A stretch of DNA of 64,000 bases from Fibrobacteria bacterium (GTDB lineage: Bacteria > Fibrobacterota > Fibrobacteria > UBA11236): contig JBGTHM010000097.1 of assembly GCA_041746255.1 (NCBI GenBank), positions 29,302 through 93,301 on the forward strand, in the 5' to 3' direction. A program made the translations under genes and the position numbers. Below are positions 37,993 through 47,574 of this stretch, piece after piece (the stretch's first letter is position 1; every line of letters starts with the position of its first letter). The notes beneath the pieces are model-generated. The model saw nothing but the letters and a program-made list of their open reading frames with translations. It was not told the DNA's origin and ran no database searches.

Positions 37993-38574
37993 ATGAAACT
38001 ACCGCGGCCCCGAAATCCAGATGCCGAGTCTTCCTCGGATAGGCCGCCGCCAATGGGTGTGCAATTTCTGGCATTCGCCGTCGGCATCGTGCTTATCGTA
38101 CTCGGCCTAGGCTCGCTCCGGCAGGACTGGAAAGGAATGAGGCAATTAACCAATCTGGAAGACCTGCTTGAAACGGAAGGGAGAGTGCTCAAAGCGGAAG
38201 TACGCAGCGACACCTCGGGCGCAGAGGATGAATTCTACCCCGACATGCTTTTTGAATATTTCATCGATGGGAAAAGTGTCTGGGGCTGGCGACTCAGCTT
38301 GGAGGAAAAGGCCCAACCACGCGAATATTGGGTGAAACGCCTGGAAAAATATCGAGTTGATGACCGGATTCCCGTTTATTTCGATCGGGAGAATCCGGCT
38401 TATTCCATGCTGGAAAAAAGAAATGACGGATTGTTTCGTCCCCTTCTCAGCCTCACGGTGAGCGGAGGCTTTACCCTATTCGGCCTCCTGCTCGCTCTCG
38501 TTCCCCTGTCGGCTTGGATGGCCCGCTTCCGCAACCGGAAGCCAGGTGAGTCAAAGCCTACGGCTAAAAAATGA
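37993..38574 (+). CDS. DUF3592-like membrane protein
   Basis: TM-TEGRV...YP...EYFIDG...IPVYFD.ENP-TM architecture. Confidence 0.75.
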   Translation: MKLPRPRNPDAESSSDRPPPMGVQFLAFAVGIVLIVLGLGSLRQDWKGMRQLTNLEDLLETEGRVLKAEVRSDTSGAEDEFYPDMLFEYFIDGKSVWGWRLSLEEKAQPREYWVKRLEKYRVDDRIPVYFDRENPAYSMLEKRNDGLFRPLLSLTVSGGFTLFGLLLALVPLSAWMARFRNRKPGESKPTAKK

Positions 38575-39229
38575 ACCCGGCCATTACCGCCAGCACCACG
38601 TTCCGTATATCCACTTGATCGGTCTCATCGATGCTGTTCCGGGCCAGACTCAGACGCAATTGCAGGCTTCCCAAACCCCATTCCAGGCCTCCGCCCAAAG
38701 AAACATTGACCTGGTAGTCCCGGAGGTTATCCTCTGGAATCAAGGGGTCCGTAAATTCACCGGAAATGATGCCCGCCCGGGGAATGAACTCGGAGGTGGA
38801 TTCCTTCATGACCAGCCGCGCCAAAGAGACGCCGACCAGGAAAAAGGGTTGGGCTTCGCTTTCGGTCGGCGCCGAAATCTTAAGTAACAGCGGAAATTCG
38901 AGATAATGGAGCGTGAAACGGTCGACCTTGGTTTGATCGCCAACCGAACTTGAAAGCGCCCCGCTCTTCACTAAATAAAGAGCGTCCACCTCCACTCCCA
39001 AAAATGCCGGTAAATGAAAAGCCAGGGATATGCCGGCGGTAGGCATCAATTCGAAATCGACCTCATTCACATCTTCGCCCCAGAACGAAGCCGCGCTAAG
39101 CCCCCCTAACAAACCATAGGCTACGGCCTTGCGTTCGCCATGTACCGGCAAAATCGCCACACACAACGCGCAGGCATAGAACACCCGGAGGGAGAAAGAA
39201 GAAACTGGTTTTCGCTTGATGGACAGCAT
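38564..39229 (-). CDS. Outer-membrane beta-barrel (porin family, OMP_b-brl_2-like)
   Basis: Signal peptide; GLLGGLS, LHYLEFPLLLK, terminal AGFIF. Confidence 0.8.
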   Translation of the reverse strand: MLSIKRKPVSSFSLRVFYACALCVAILPVHGERKAVAYGLLGGLSAASFWGEDVNEVDFELMPTAGISLAFHLPAFLGVEVDALYLVKSGALSSSVGDQTKVDRFTLHYLEFPLLLKISAPTESEAQPFFLVGVSLARLVMKESTSEFIPRAGIISGEFTDPLIPEDNLRDYQVNVSLGGGLEWGLGSLQLRLSLARNSIDETDQVDIRNVVLAVMAGFIF

Positions 39230-39401
39230 GGCTGGAATTGTAAATCAAGACAACCCGCAATGGCAATCATTGCCGGAGAAGGTGGGGGTAAATCGTCGAA
39301 ATTGCAAAAAATCAGAGAGAACGGCGACGCCACGGGAGCAATTCCCAGGAAGACCGGCGGTAAAACCGGCCTCCCTGGACGGGATGCGGTGCGAATCCCG
39401 C

Positions 39402-39707
39402 TTAGCCGATTTTGACTTTCAGTTCCTTACCTAACGAATGCGCCACGCGCTCAAGCGTGGAGAGCTTGATGTCGTCGGCATGGTTTTCAATGCGGGATAT
39501 GGCGGTTCGTTTGGTCTTGAGCCGGCTGGCCAATTCTTCTTGCGAAATTCCGCTGGACTCCCGCGCCTTACGGAGCATTTCGCCGATACGGATTTTACCG
39601 GCGGCGACTCTTCCGGCGGTACGGGCGGCGGCTCTGCCTCCCGATGCTCGCGCTGGCGTCTTACGCGTCTTCTTGGCAATCCTGGTCTTTTTCGTTTTTG
39701 CTGCCAT
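39402..39707 (-). CDS. XRE-family HTH protein (HigA-like antitoxin domain) with a basic Lys/Arg/Ala-rich N-terminal tail
   Basis: GGAGG RBS before ATG 39707; IGEMLRKARESSGISQEELA...TAISRIEN...IKLSTL. Confidence 0.85.
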   Translation of the reverse strand: MAAKTKKTRIAKKTRKTPARASGGRAAARTAGRVAAGKIRIGEMLRKARESSGISQEELASRLKTKRTAISRIENHADDIKLSTLERVAHSLGKELKVKIG

Positions 39708-39797
39708 TTTGGCCTCCTTTATGTGTGAAAATCCGGTTGCTTTCCCATGCGACCGGTTCGAATCCTTTCCCCCCGGCAAACCCCTCAGTTTCCGGAT

Positions 39798-39826
39798 ATG
39801 TTAACCTATAGGTTAACACCTGTCAA
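39798..39826 (-). promoter_or_regulatory. Sigma70-type promoter with an overlapping perfect 20-bp palindromic operator
   Basis: Minus strand TTGACA-N17-TAACAT; palindrome TGTTAACCTATAGGTTAACA at 39799-39818. Confidence 0.85.
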
Positions 39827-40080
39827 GGATTTTCATTTTAAAATAAACTTTTCAAGGGCAAAAGAAATAAATTCCTTCGGTGTCCCGAAAAGCCCGGTTT
39901 CAAGCCCTCGACCGACAGGGGTCCGCATAACCGGAAATCAACGTCTCACCGATGTTCCCTATGCTCCTCCACCCTATACCCGGAGCCGAAAAGACCCCGC
40001 ATCGCGGAACCCCGGGCAACGCCCTGGGGTGGATTTTTTATGTTTCACTTAAGGGTCACGATCGGCCTCAGGAGTGGTCT

Positions 40081-41166
40081 ATGGCATCCGCAGCACAAAT
40101 CGATGGCGTATTGAAAAAAGCCGCAAACGGCGAACGCCTCCTACCGGACGAGGCCTTGGCCTTGCTTGAATGCGATGATTGGACCCGGCTGGTGGCCGCC
40201 GGTCATGACCGGCGCATGCGCATGCACCCCGCCAAGCGAGTGAGTTTCACGGCCTATCGAGTCATCAACTACACCAACTTTTGCGATGTCGATTGCACTT
40301 TCTGTTCATTTAAGGACGAAATCGAAAGCGACCGAGGATATACCTTGACCCTCGAGCAAATCGCAGCCAAAACCGAGGAGGCCTTGGCTCTGGGCGCCGA
40401 CCAGATTTTTTTGCAAGGCGGAGTCAATCCCAAACTGCCTTTGGCCTATTACCTCGACGCTCTCGCAATGTTATCGGAAAAATACCAGGTTCATGTACGC
40501 GGCTTCTCCCCCGTGGAACTCGCCCGCTTGGCCGCCAAGGAGGGGATGCCTTTACGGGATTTGCTGGTTCGCTTGCAAAAAGCCGGGCTCGGCTCGGTTC
40601 CGGGCGCCGGAGCCGAAATCCTCACCGAACGCATGCGCGCCATCTTGTCGCCGAAAAAACTTTCGGGGCGGGAATGGTGTCATGTGATGGGCGAATGCCA
40701 CCAAGTCGGACTTCCCGGTTCCTGCAATATCGTATTCGGATCCGAAGAAACACCACAAGACATCATCGAACATCTTGACCTGCTCCGTACCCAGCAAGAC
40801 GCCACCGGAGGCTTCCTATCCTTCATTCCCTGGGTTTTTCAGCCGCAAACCAAACGCTTCAAGGTGCGCCATGTGAAGGGATGGGAATATTTACGGCTTT
40901 TGGCCGTGTCCCGGCTGTTCCTCGATAACATTCCCAATATCGAGGTAAGCGTTCTGGTAATGGGTCGCGAGCTGGCGGAGCTGGGTCTGTATGCGGGAGC
41001 CAACGACATCAACAGCATCGTTATCGAAGAAAATGTGCTGCGATCCTATGGACTTAAAACCTTACGAAGCGCGCGTCGCTTCATTGAAGAGGCCGGATTC
41101 GAACCCGCCCGACGCACCTTGAATTACGAATTCAAAGCCTATCCCCCGGAAGCAGCAACTCTATAA
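40081..41166 (+). CDS. mqnC: CofH/MqnC-family radical SAM protein (probable cyclic dehypoxanthine futalosine synthase)
   Basis: INYTNFCDVDCTFCSF, LQGG, FSPVE, PGAGAEIL, FIPWVFQP, GAND, EENV. Confidence 0.75.
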   Translation: MASAAQIDGVLKKAANGERLLPDEALALLECDDWTRLVAAGHDRRMRMHPAKRVSFTAYRVINYTNFCDVDCTFCSFKDEIESDRGYTLTLEQIAAKTEEALALGADQIFLQGGVNPKLPLAYYLDALAMLSEKYQVHVRGFSPVELARLAAKEGMPLRDLLVRLQKAGLGSVPGAGAEILTERMRAILSPKKLSGREWCHVMGECHQVGLPGSCNIVFGSEETPQDIIEHLDLLRTQQDATGGFLSFIPWVFQPQTKRFKVRHVKGWEYLRLLAVSRLFLDNIPNIEVSVLVMGRELAELGLYAGANDINSIVIEENVLRSYGLKTLRSARRFIEEAGFEPARRTLNYEFKAYPPEAATL

Positions 41167-41172
41167 AAACCC

Positions 41173-41832
41173 CTATGATGGAGCCGCCACCAAGCGAAAG
41201 ACCGGAATCAAGTCGCTGAGTCTTTCGATGATAAGTATTTGGCTTTGCTCTCGGAAGGGATGATCACCATTATCCAGCCCGATAAAAGGCATCCCGGCAT
41301 CTTGAGCAGCCGCTTCATCCAAAACGGCATCTCCCACATAAACCGCTTCACCCGGCGATATACCCGACTCATGGGGCAGCCGGCGCAGATATCCGCTCTT
41401 GCTTCCGGGCGTTCCGCACACTTTTTGGAAAAACCGCCCCAAGTCGAAATGGCGGACCGTGGCATCTATGACTTCCTGGGGAGTGCCCGTCACCACGGAA
41501 AGGGGTAGTCCCCGGTCGCGGGCGCATCGCAGAAATTCCATGGCTCCGGGTTTGGGCCTCATTTGAGGTCGCAAGGCCTCGTCTTTTTCATGAAACCGTT
41601 GCAGCACCTTTTTGAATTCGGAATCGGAAAGGGCTTTACCCGCAAGCGACTCGACCATGAGTGGAAGAACCTGATGGCGGGAAAGTCCCGCCGATGCCAA
41701 TTGGATTTCGCGCAAGGCTTCGCGGGCGAACCCGTAGTCGGACAGGGCATGGCAATAAGCGTCGAGCTTCAAGTCCATGGAATCCATCACGACTCCGTCG
41801 AAATCCAGATATACGGCCCGGGGCCGATTCAC
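41173..41832 (-). CDS. HAD-family hydrolase (phosphoglycolate phosphatase-like)
   Basis: LDFDGVVMDS, VTG, YVGD...D. Confidence 0.9.
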   Translation of the reverse strand: MNRPRAVYLDFDGVVMDSMDLKLDAYCHALSDYGFAREALREIQLASAGLSRHQVLPLMVESLAGKALSDSEFKKVLQRFHEKDEALRPQMRPKPGAMEFLRCARDRGLPLSVVTGTPQEVIDATVRHFDLGRFFQKVCGTPGSKSGYLRRLPHESGISPGEAVYVGDAVLDEAAAQDAGMPFIGLDNGDHPFREQSQILIIERLSDLIPVFRLVAAPS

Positions 41833-42683
41833 TTCCGGACGACCGCCGTTTTCTGCAAATACCGGTCACGGTATAAATTGCCTTCGGCCAAGGCCTTCAA
41901 TTCCGGTTTGGAATCGACCAGTTTCCGGATATCTTCCACCCGGTTGGAATGGGAAGGATGCGTGGAGAGAAATTCCGGAAACCACTGGGCGGATTGGGCT
42001 TTCCTGAAATATTCCGCTATCCCCAGGGTATTCCGTCCGACTTGCGAGAGGTAGTAGGTGCCCACCTCATCGGACTCGGTTTCGTTGGACCGGGAAAATT
42101 TAAGCTGTAACAAGGCTGCCGCCGCCCCTGCCGCCATTTCCGCCGTCTGACTCTCGCTTCCGCCTCGCAACGCCTGGATGAGCAATACCACAGCCGTACT
42201 TTTCACCATTTGTTCCCGGAAGTGATGCTGGGTTACATGCGCCAGCTCATGTCCCAACACCCCCATCAACTCGGATTCGTTCTCCATACCCGACAGAATA
42301 CCCGTATACAGATAAACGTACCCACCGGGAACCGCAAAGGCGTTATGAATGGAATCACGAATGATGGTGAAAGTGAATCCTGCCTCGGGAATGTCCCGCT
42401 GGGGGAGGATAGCCACCAATTCTTGGAAAAGTCCGCGCACATAATTTTCGAACTCCACCTCTTCCGCGTTCTTCGGAACGAATATCGGATATTGAGCGGA
42501 GCTGTCCAGAAGCGTCTGGTGGAATTGAGCCCCCAGTCGCGCCTCATCCTCATCTGAAACCAGAAACGAACCCGCTGTCCCGAAAAAATCGCAGGAACAT
42601 TTCACCAGTAACAGGCTGGTGAACAAAATGGGTATCAGGATACGATTACTTATGCGCATGAATGAGTCCTTTGGGGTCGGCAT
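41829..42683 (-). CDS. M48-family metalloprotease, probable lipoprotein
   Basis: NAFAVPGG, GVLGHELAHV, FSRSNETESD, FLSTHP. Confidence 0.93.
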   Translation of the reverse strand: MPTPKDSFMRISNRILIPILFTSLLLVKCSCDFFGTAGSFLVSDEDEARLGAQFHQTLLDSSAQYPIFVPKNAEEVEFENYVRGLFQELVAILPQRDIPEAGFTFTIIRDSIHNAFAVPGGYVYLYTGILSGMENESELMGVLGHELAHVTQHHFREQMVKSTAVVLLIQALRGGSESQTAEMAAGAAAALLQLKFSRSNETESDEVGTYYLSQVGRNTLGIAEYFRKAQSAQWFPEFLSTHPSHSNRVEDIRKLVDSKPELKALAEGNLYRDRYLQKTAVVRK

Positions 42684-43371
42684 TGGTTTCCTCCGTACGG
42701 AGGCGGAATTGCCCGGCGATAATCCGATAGAAGAGGGCGAGATGAAAAGCCAATACCAGGGGAAACCAGAAAAAATGCACCCAATTCTGGGGAAACACGC
42801 TGAGATAATGATAAATCTCGGGCGTATGCTGGTTGAGCCTTAGGTAAGGATTGGCGGAAAAGGTCTTGTAAAGGGCGGTACCGACGGAAGTAAGGCCGTA
42901 TCCGTTCCAGAAAAGTACCAGGAGCAGGTATCCTTTTTTCTCGGGATAGTAAAAAACCACCAGCATCAAGGCGGCCAGTCCGGTAAGCATTTCGCTGAAT
43001 CCGACCTCGAGAGCGTATTCCTGCGGAGCGTACCCGCCCAGGATAGCCAGGATGAAATGCAAACCCATGAGCCGGAACACATTGAAAAGCAGGTACTCCT
43101 TCAAAGGGATTGTCAAAATCTGCCGCCGCCCCAGCAAAAAGAGAAAGAGAATCGCGGGCCACAAAGTAAGCGCGGTGAACAAGATTCCGTTGCTCCAAAT
43201 GGGTAAGTCCCATATCCCCAGCAAAAACACGATGTTCAGGAGAAAAAACCACAGTAACACCCACCAGATTTTGCGGCCCAGGCCCGCTGGGAGTAGGGCG
43301 AATCCTATGAAAGAGAACAGGAAGACTACTCCGTCGAGAACTCTCTTATCAGCGAGGGAAAAATCCTCCAA
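42646..43371 (-). CDS. Hypothetical multi-pass membrane protein
   Basis: About 7 hydrophobic segments; AGGAGA RBS; overlaps the downstream gene. Confidence 0.65.
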   Translation of the reverse strand: MEDFSLADKRVLDGVVFLFSFIGFALLPAGLGRKIWWVLLWFFLLNIVFLLGIWDLPIWSNGILFTALTLWPAILFLFLLGRRQILTIPLKEYLLFNVFRLMGLHFILAILGGYAPQEYALEVGFSEMLTGLAALMLVVFYYPEKKGYLLLVLFWNGYGLTSVGTALYKTFSANPYLRLNQHTPEIYHYLSVFPQNWVHFFWFPLVLAFHLALFYRIIAGQFRLRTEETNADPKGLIHAHK

Positions 43372-43454
43372 CCGGTTCTCCTTAACCTTTGAGAGGGGGG
43401 AAACTCCCCATCTCCGCGGATTCCCGAAAATTTAACATTATAACTCCGACATAT

Positions 43455-43820
43455 TCATAACGCATTCATGCCCAATAAGACCAGCGAGCAGGCATTCTCC
43501 ACTTCCACTCCCTTTTCCGACAGGGCGGTTGCCAATTCCGGATTTTCGGCGCCGGGATTGAAGATGACTTTGGGAATTCCCGTCGCGAGAATGGACTGCA
43601 ACAGCGGAGTACTTCGCTCGGCGCGCACATAGACGCTTAAAACATCGGCGCCACCGGGCACTTTGTCCAGGGTAGATACGACCCGGATCCCCTCCACTTC
43701 ATGCAAGGCCGGGTGAACCGGATAGACGGTGTAGTTTTTCGCCTTTAAGCGGCGTATCAGCATGTTGCTGTAACGCTCCGGATTGGGGGAGGCGCCCAAA
43801 ACCACGATGGTTCTCGTCAT
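43455..43820 (-). CDS. CoA-binding protein (CoA_binding_2)
   Basis: VLGASPNPERYS, YPVHP, FNPGAEN, C.LV; ATGA overlap. Confidence 0.9.
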   Translation of the reverse strand: MTRTIVVLGASPNPERYSNMLIRRLKAKNYTVYPVHPALHEVEGIRVVSTLDKVPGGADVLSVYVRAERSTPLLQSILATGIPKVIFNPGAENPELATALSEKGVEVENACSLVLLGMNAL

Positions 43821-44398
43821 TTGCGTGAGGTTCCCCAATTGAAAAAACCAAATATGCTTCCGCAAAGCCCTCCCACGATATGAGCGAATTGCGAAATGCC
43901 GTCGACTTCGAAGGATTGTACAAACTCCTTGGCCAGAAAGACCACCAACACCAGAACGAAGGTGAGGGGGATTTGTCCGCTTTTATAATTGGCGAAGGAG
44001 GCCAGCAGGATCATCATGAAAACCAGACCGCTGGCGCCCATGAGACCGGTGGAAAAAAACAGGACATGGAGTATGCCGGTAGCCAAAGCGGTAACCAGCA
44101 TCATTTTCAACATGGCCAAAGAACCGTATTTCTCTTCGAGCATGGGCCCCACCAGCAGAATGAAAGTGAGGTTGGCGATGAGATGTTCCCAATCCTTATG
44201 GCCCAGCACATGGGAAACCAGGCGGAAATATTCCAGCGGAATTTTAAAATGAAAATCGGGATAGGCGGCGAAAAAAGAAGGAGCGAACAATCCGTCTGAG
44301 AGGTGGTCCAAGACCGCTACCAAGCATGCGAGCAAGGTAAAAGTCAAGACCGCGGGTGCGTTGTAGCGGAGTCGAAAGGTGCTTTTGCCCTTACCCAA
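43817..44398 (-). CDS. Rhomboid intramembrane serine protease
   Basis: HVLGH...HLIAN, GPMLEEKYG, GASG, AHIVGG. Confidence 0.9.
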   Translation of the reverse strand: MGKGKSTFRLRYNAPAVLTFTLLACLVAVLDHLSDGLFAPSFFAAYPDFHFKIPLEYFRLVSHVLGHKDWEHLIANLTFILLVGPMLEEKYGSLAMLKMMLVTALATGILHVLFFSTGLMGASGLVFMMILLASFANYKSGQIPLTFVLVLVVFLAKEFVQSFEVDGISQFAHIVGGLCGSIFGFFNWGTSRK

Positions 44399-44399
44399 C

Positions 44400-45632
44400 T
44401 TAGTCCCGATTATGCAGCAGCTGGTAGGACAAAATCCCGTGAGCCACGCCTACATTGAGCGATTCAATCTGGTTTTTAAGGGGAATGCGAACCACAGTAT
44501 CGGCCAAATCCATGATACGTTGGTCGGTTCCCGCGCCTTCGTTGCCGACGATGAGAGCGACTTTTTTACGCAATTTGACCGTATCGAGCGTTCCATGCGC
44601 ATGGGAGGATGTCGCTACGATGGAAAATCCTTTTAGCCGCAAAAAGGCGAGTTTCGAAGGCAAATCGACGCCGCTTTCGAAAGGGATCCGCATCAAAGCA
44701 CCCACCGTGGAACGCACCACCTTGGGATTGTAGGCTTCGCAAGTTCCTTTGCCCAGCACGAGCGCATCCATTCCCAATGCCACCGAGGTGCGGAAAATCG
44801 CGCCGACATTTCCGGGATCCTGCACGCCGTCAAGTAGCGTGACATGCCGCACCAGTGACCAGTCGAGTTTGAGTGCGGCGAAATTGGTCACCGCGATAAC
44901 CCCCTGGGGGGTTTCGGTCTGGCTCAAGTCACCGATTTCCGCGCTGGACACCGTGGTGGTTTGTATCCGGTGTTTCCGGGCCAGGTCCAACAATTCGAGA
45001 TCCTGAAAATCGTCGGCAATGAGCAGCATATTCACGATGGAGGGAGAGATGGCGATAACATCACGGATACTGCGTACGCCTTCGAGCAAAAATTGCGATT
45101 CTTTCAGCCGGCCCTTTTCCGTCATCAGGGAGCGGTAGGCGCGTACGGTAGGGGATGTGGATTGCGCCGTAACCCGGGCGGCGAAACGTTCGGCCTCCGG
45201 CTTTTCGGGTTTGATATGCCTGGGATAGTTGCCTTGACGCGGCGCGGCGCGGCCCGCCGGTTGCCGAGGCTCCCGTGCCGGACCCTGAGCCGGATTTTGT
45301 CCCGATCCTTGGAACCGCCGGGGATCGGCTCGACCCGATGAAGGAGGAACGGGATTCCGATCTTGATTACGCCCTGGGGCGCGATTTTGGGGGCGGCCTT
45401 CCGGGCGGATTTCGCGGCGTCGGAATTCGCCTTCTCCTTGGGTATGAGAATCGCGAGGCTGAAAACGACGGGGCTGTTCCGATTTCCTGTCCCATTCGGG
45501 TTTGCGTTCGAAGCGTTTGGCTCCGTCGCCTTCGCGAGGCGGCCGCGCGGGTCGGGCGCGGCCGGCGGAATGCTCGGGAGTATTCTCAGGATTCTTATCG
45601 GGGGGATCGGTATCAGGCGACTGTGGCGTCAT
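44400..45632 (-). CDS. TrmH/SpoU-family RNA methyltransferase with a long disordered N-terminal extension
   Basis: LEG, ETPQG, DGVQDPGNVGAIFR, GNEGAG, ESLNV. Confidence 0.92.
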   Translation of the reverse strand: MTPQSPDTDPPDKNPENTPEHSAGRARPARPPREGDGAKRFERKPEWDRKSEQPRRFQPRDSHTQGEGEFRRREIRPEGRPQNRAPGRNQDRNPVPPSSGRADPRRFQGSGQNPAQGPAREPRQPAGRAAPRQGNYPRHIKPEKPEAERFAARVTAQSTSPTVRAYRSLMTEKGRLKESQFLLEGVRSIRDVIAISPSIVNMLLIADDFQDLELLDLARKHRIQTTTVSSAEIGDLSQTETPQGVIAVTNFAALKLDWSLVRHVTLLDGVQDPGNVGAIFRTSVALGMDALVLGKGTCEAYNPKVVRSTVGALMRIPFESGVDLPSKLAFLRLKGFSIVATSSHAHGTLDTVKLRKKVALIVGNEGAGTDQRIMDLADTVVRIPLKNQIESLNVGVAHGILSYQLLHNRD

Positions 45633-47553
45633 TCGGACTCAGCTTGCGGTTGGAAGATTTAAGATTACCGCTTTGCGAATCGATGAGATTGAGTAAAGCC
45701 GAAGCCTTGGCGTAAATGCTTTCCGCATCCAGCCCGATGAGCTTCTGAAGTACCGGCACTTCGCCGTGAGTGACATAATCATCCGGAAGGCCCATATGCT
45801 TGATGGGTAGATTCTGGAAATCGAGTTCGGCCATCAATTCCGAAACGCCCGAACCATAACCGCCGGCGACCACATTGTCTTCGATAGTGAGAAAGGCGTC
45901 GTGGTTGGTGAACAAGTCGGTGTAGAAACTTTTATCCAGAGGTTTCACGAAGCGAACATCAACCACGGTGGGTTTATAGCCCTCCTTTTCCAACATTTGG
46001 GCGGTTACCTGCGCGCCTTTAAGCATGCTGCCCACGGCGAGAATCGCCAGGCGCTCTCCTCTTTGTACCATGCGCGGAAGGCCGATGGTGAGCTCCTGGA
46101 AGGGGCCCTTCACTTCGCTGGATTGGGCGCTTCCCCTGGGATAGCGGAAAGCGATGGGGCCTTTGTCGTAGCGGCAGGCGGTATAGAGCATATTGCGGAG
46201 CTCGAATTCGTCGGAAGGAGCCATGACCACCATTCCGGGAATCATGCGCAAGTAGGTCAGGTCCAAAGCGCCGTGATGGGTGGGGCCGTCCAGACCCACC
46301 AGGCCGCCCCGGTCCAACGAGAAAATCACGTTGAGATGCTGGATGGCTACATCGTGGATGACCTGATCGATGGCTCTTTGCAAAAAGGTGGAGTAGATGG
46401 CGACCACCGGCTTCATGCCTTCGCAAGCCATTCCCGCCGCGAAAGTCACCGCATATTGTTCCGCGATTCCGACGTCGTATACCCGGTCGGGCAGCTCGGC
46501 CGCCATGATGTTCACGCCGCAGCCTTCGGGCATGGCGCCGGTAATGGCGATGATGCGTTCATCTTCTTTGGCGATTTCCAACAAAGCTTCGCCGAATACC
46601 TTGGTGAGGGTGGGCGTTTTGGCGGGCGCGGCCTTGGGTTGACCCGAGGTGATATCGAAGGGGTTGGAAGCGTGCCATTTGATGGCGTCTTTTTCCGACA
46701 GTTCCCAACCATGGCCTTTGGTGGTTACGACGTGCACGAGTTTGGGGCCCGGCATTTTCTTGACGGCTTCGAGAATATGAATCAAATCCTCGAGGTTATG
46801 GCCGTTAACCGGCCCGAAATAGCGTAGTCCCAAATCCTCGAAAAAGCTTCCCGGAAGCAGTATGCGCTTGAATCCGTCGTCCACTCGGCTGACCAGGTGC
46901 TGTAAATCCTTGCCCCGCGGGAGCTTGCCCGCGAAATCCCAAATGTCGTCCTTCAGCTTATTGTAGGTGGGGTTGGAAATGATGGCGTTCAGATACTTGG
47001 AAATGGCCCCCACGTTCTTCGAAATCGACATTTTATTGTCGTTGAGGATGAAAGTGACATTCTCTTCGGTTTCCCCGGCGTTGTTGAAGGCTTCGTAAGC
47101 CATGCCGCCCGTAATCGCACCGTCGCCGATTACGGCCACCACGTCGAAATTCTTTTTCTGGTGGGTACGGGCCGCAGCCATTCCCAGCGCGGCGGCGAGT
47201 GAGGTGGAAGCATGCCCTGCTCCGAAAGTGTCGAATTCGCTTTCTTCCCTTTTAAGAAAACCGCTGAGGCCTCCATATTGCTTGAGAGTATGGAATTCGG
47301 GATAACGCCCGGTCACCAACTTGTGCGGATACGCCTGATGACCGGTATCCCACACCAATTTGTCTTCCGGTGTGTTGTATACCTTATGCAAGGCCAAGGT
47401 CAATTCGACGGTACCCAGGCTGGAGGCGAGATGCCCACCCTTTTGCGCGACCTGCCTTACGATCACCTCGCGCATCTCATCGGCGAGCGCCTTCAATTCG
47501 CCCATGGAAAGCGTCCGCAAGTCCGCTGGTGATTTTATCTTTTCGAGCATCAC
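45613..47553 (-). CDS. dxs: 1-deoxy-D-xylulose-5-phosphate synthase
   Basis: GGHLASSLG, WDTGHQAY, GAGHAST, GDGA...NDN, DVGIAEQ, YSTFLQR, DGPTHHG. Confidence 0.98.
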   Translation of the reverse strand: MMLEKIKSPADLRTLSMGELKALADEMREVIVRQVAQKGGHLASSLGTVELTLALHKVYNTPEDKLVWDTGHQAYPHKLVTGRYPEFHTLKQYGGLSGFLKREESEFDTFGAGHASTSLAAALGMAAARTHQKKNFDVVAVIGDGAITGGMAYEAFNNAGETEENVTFILNDNKMSISKNVGAISKYLNAIISNPTYNKLKDDIWDFAGKLPRGKDLQHLVSRVDDGFKRILLPGSFFEDLGLRYFGPVNGHNLEDLIHILEAVKKMPGPKLVHVVTTKGHGWELSEKDAIKWHASNPFDITSGQPKAAPAKTPTLTKVFGEALLEIAKEDERIIAITGAMPEGCGVNIMAAELPDRVYDVGIAEQYAVTFAAGMACEGMKPVVAIYSTFLQRAIDQVIHDVAIQHLNVIFSLDRGGLVGLDGPTHHGALDLTYLRMIPGMVVMAPSDEFELRNMLYTACRYDKGPIAFRYPRGSAQSSEVKGPFQELTIGLPRMVQRGERLAILAVGSMLKGAQVTAQMLEKEGYKPTVVDVRFVKPLDKSFYTDLFTNHDAFLTIEDNVVAGGYGSGVSELMAELDFQNLPIKHMGLPDDYVTHGEVPVLQKLIGLDAESIYAKASALLNLIDSQSGNLKSSNRKLSPNDATVA

Positions 47554-47574
47554 TTCAATCCTCTTTCACCCGTA

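Noticed and set aside
39412..39804. Antisense ORF as the missing toxin for the HigA-like gene
   Set aside because: It lies entirely opposite the HTH gene and has no RelE/HigB features or RBS.
45901..46827. 308-aa plus-strand ORF
   Set aside because: Antisense shadow of dxs, expected in GC-rich coding DNA. The same applies to most short overlapping ORFs in the track.
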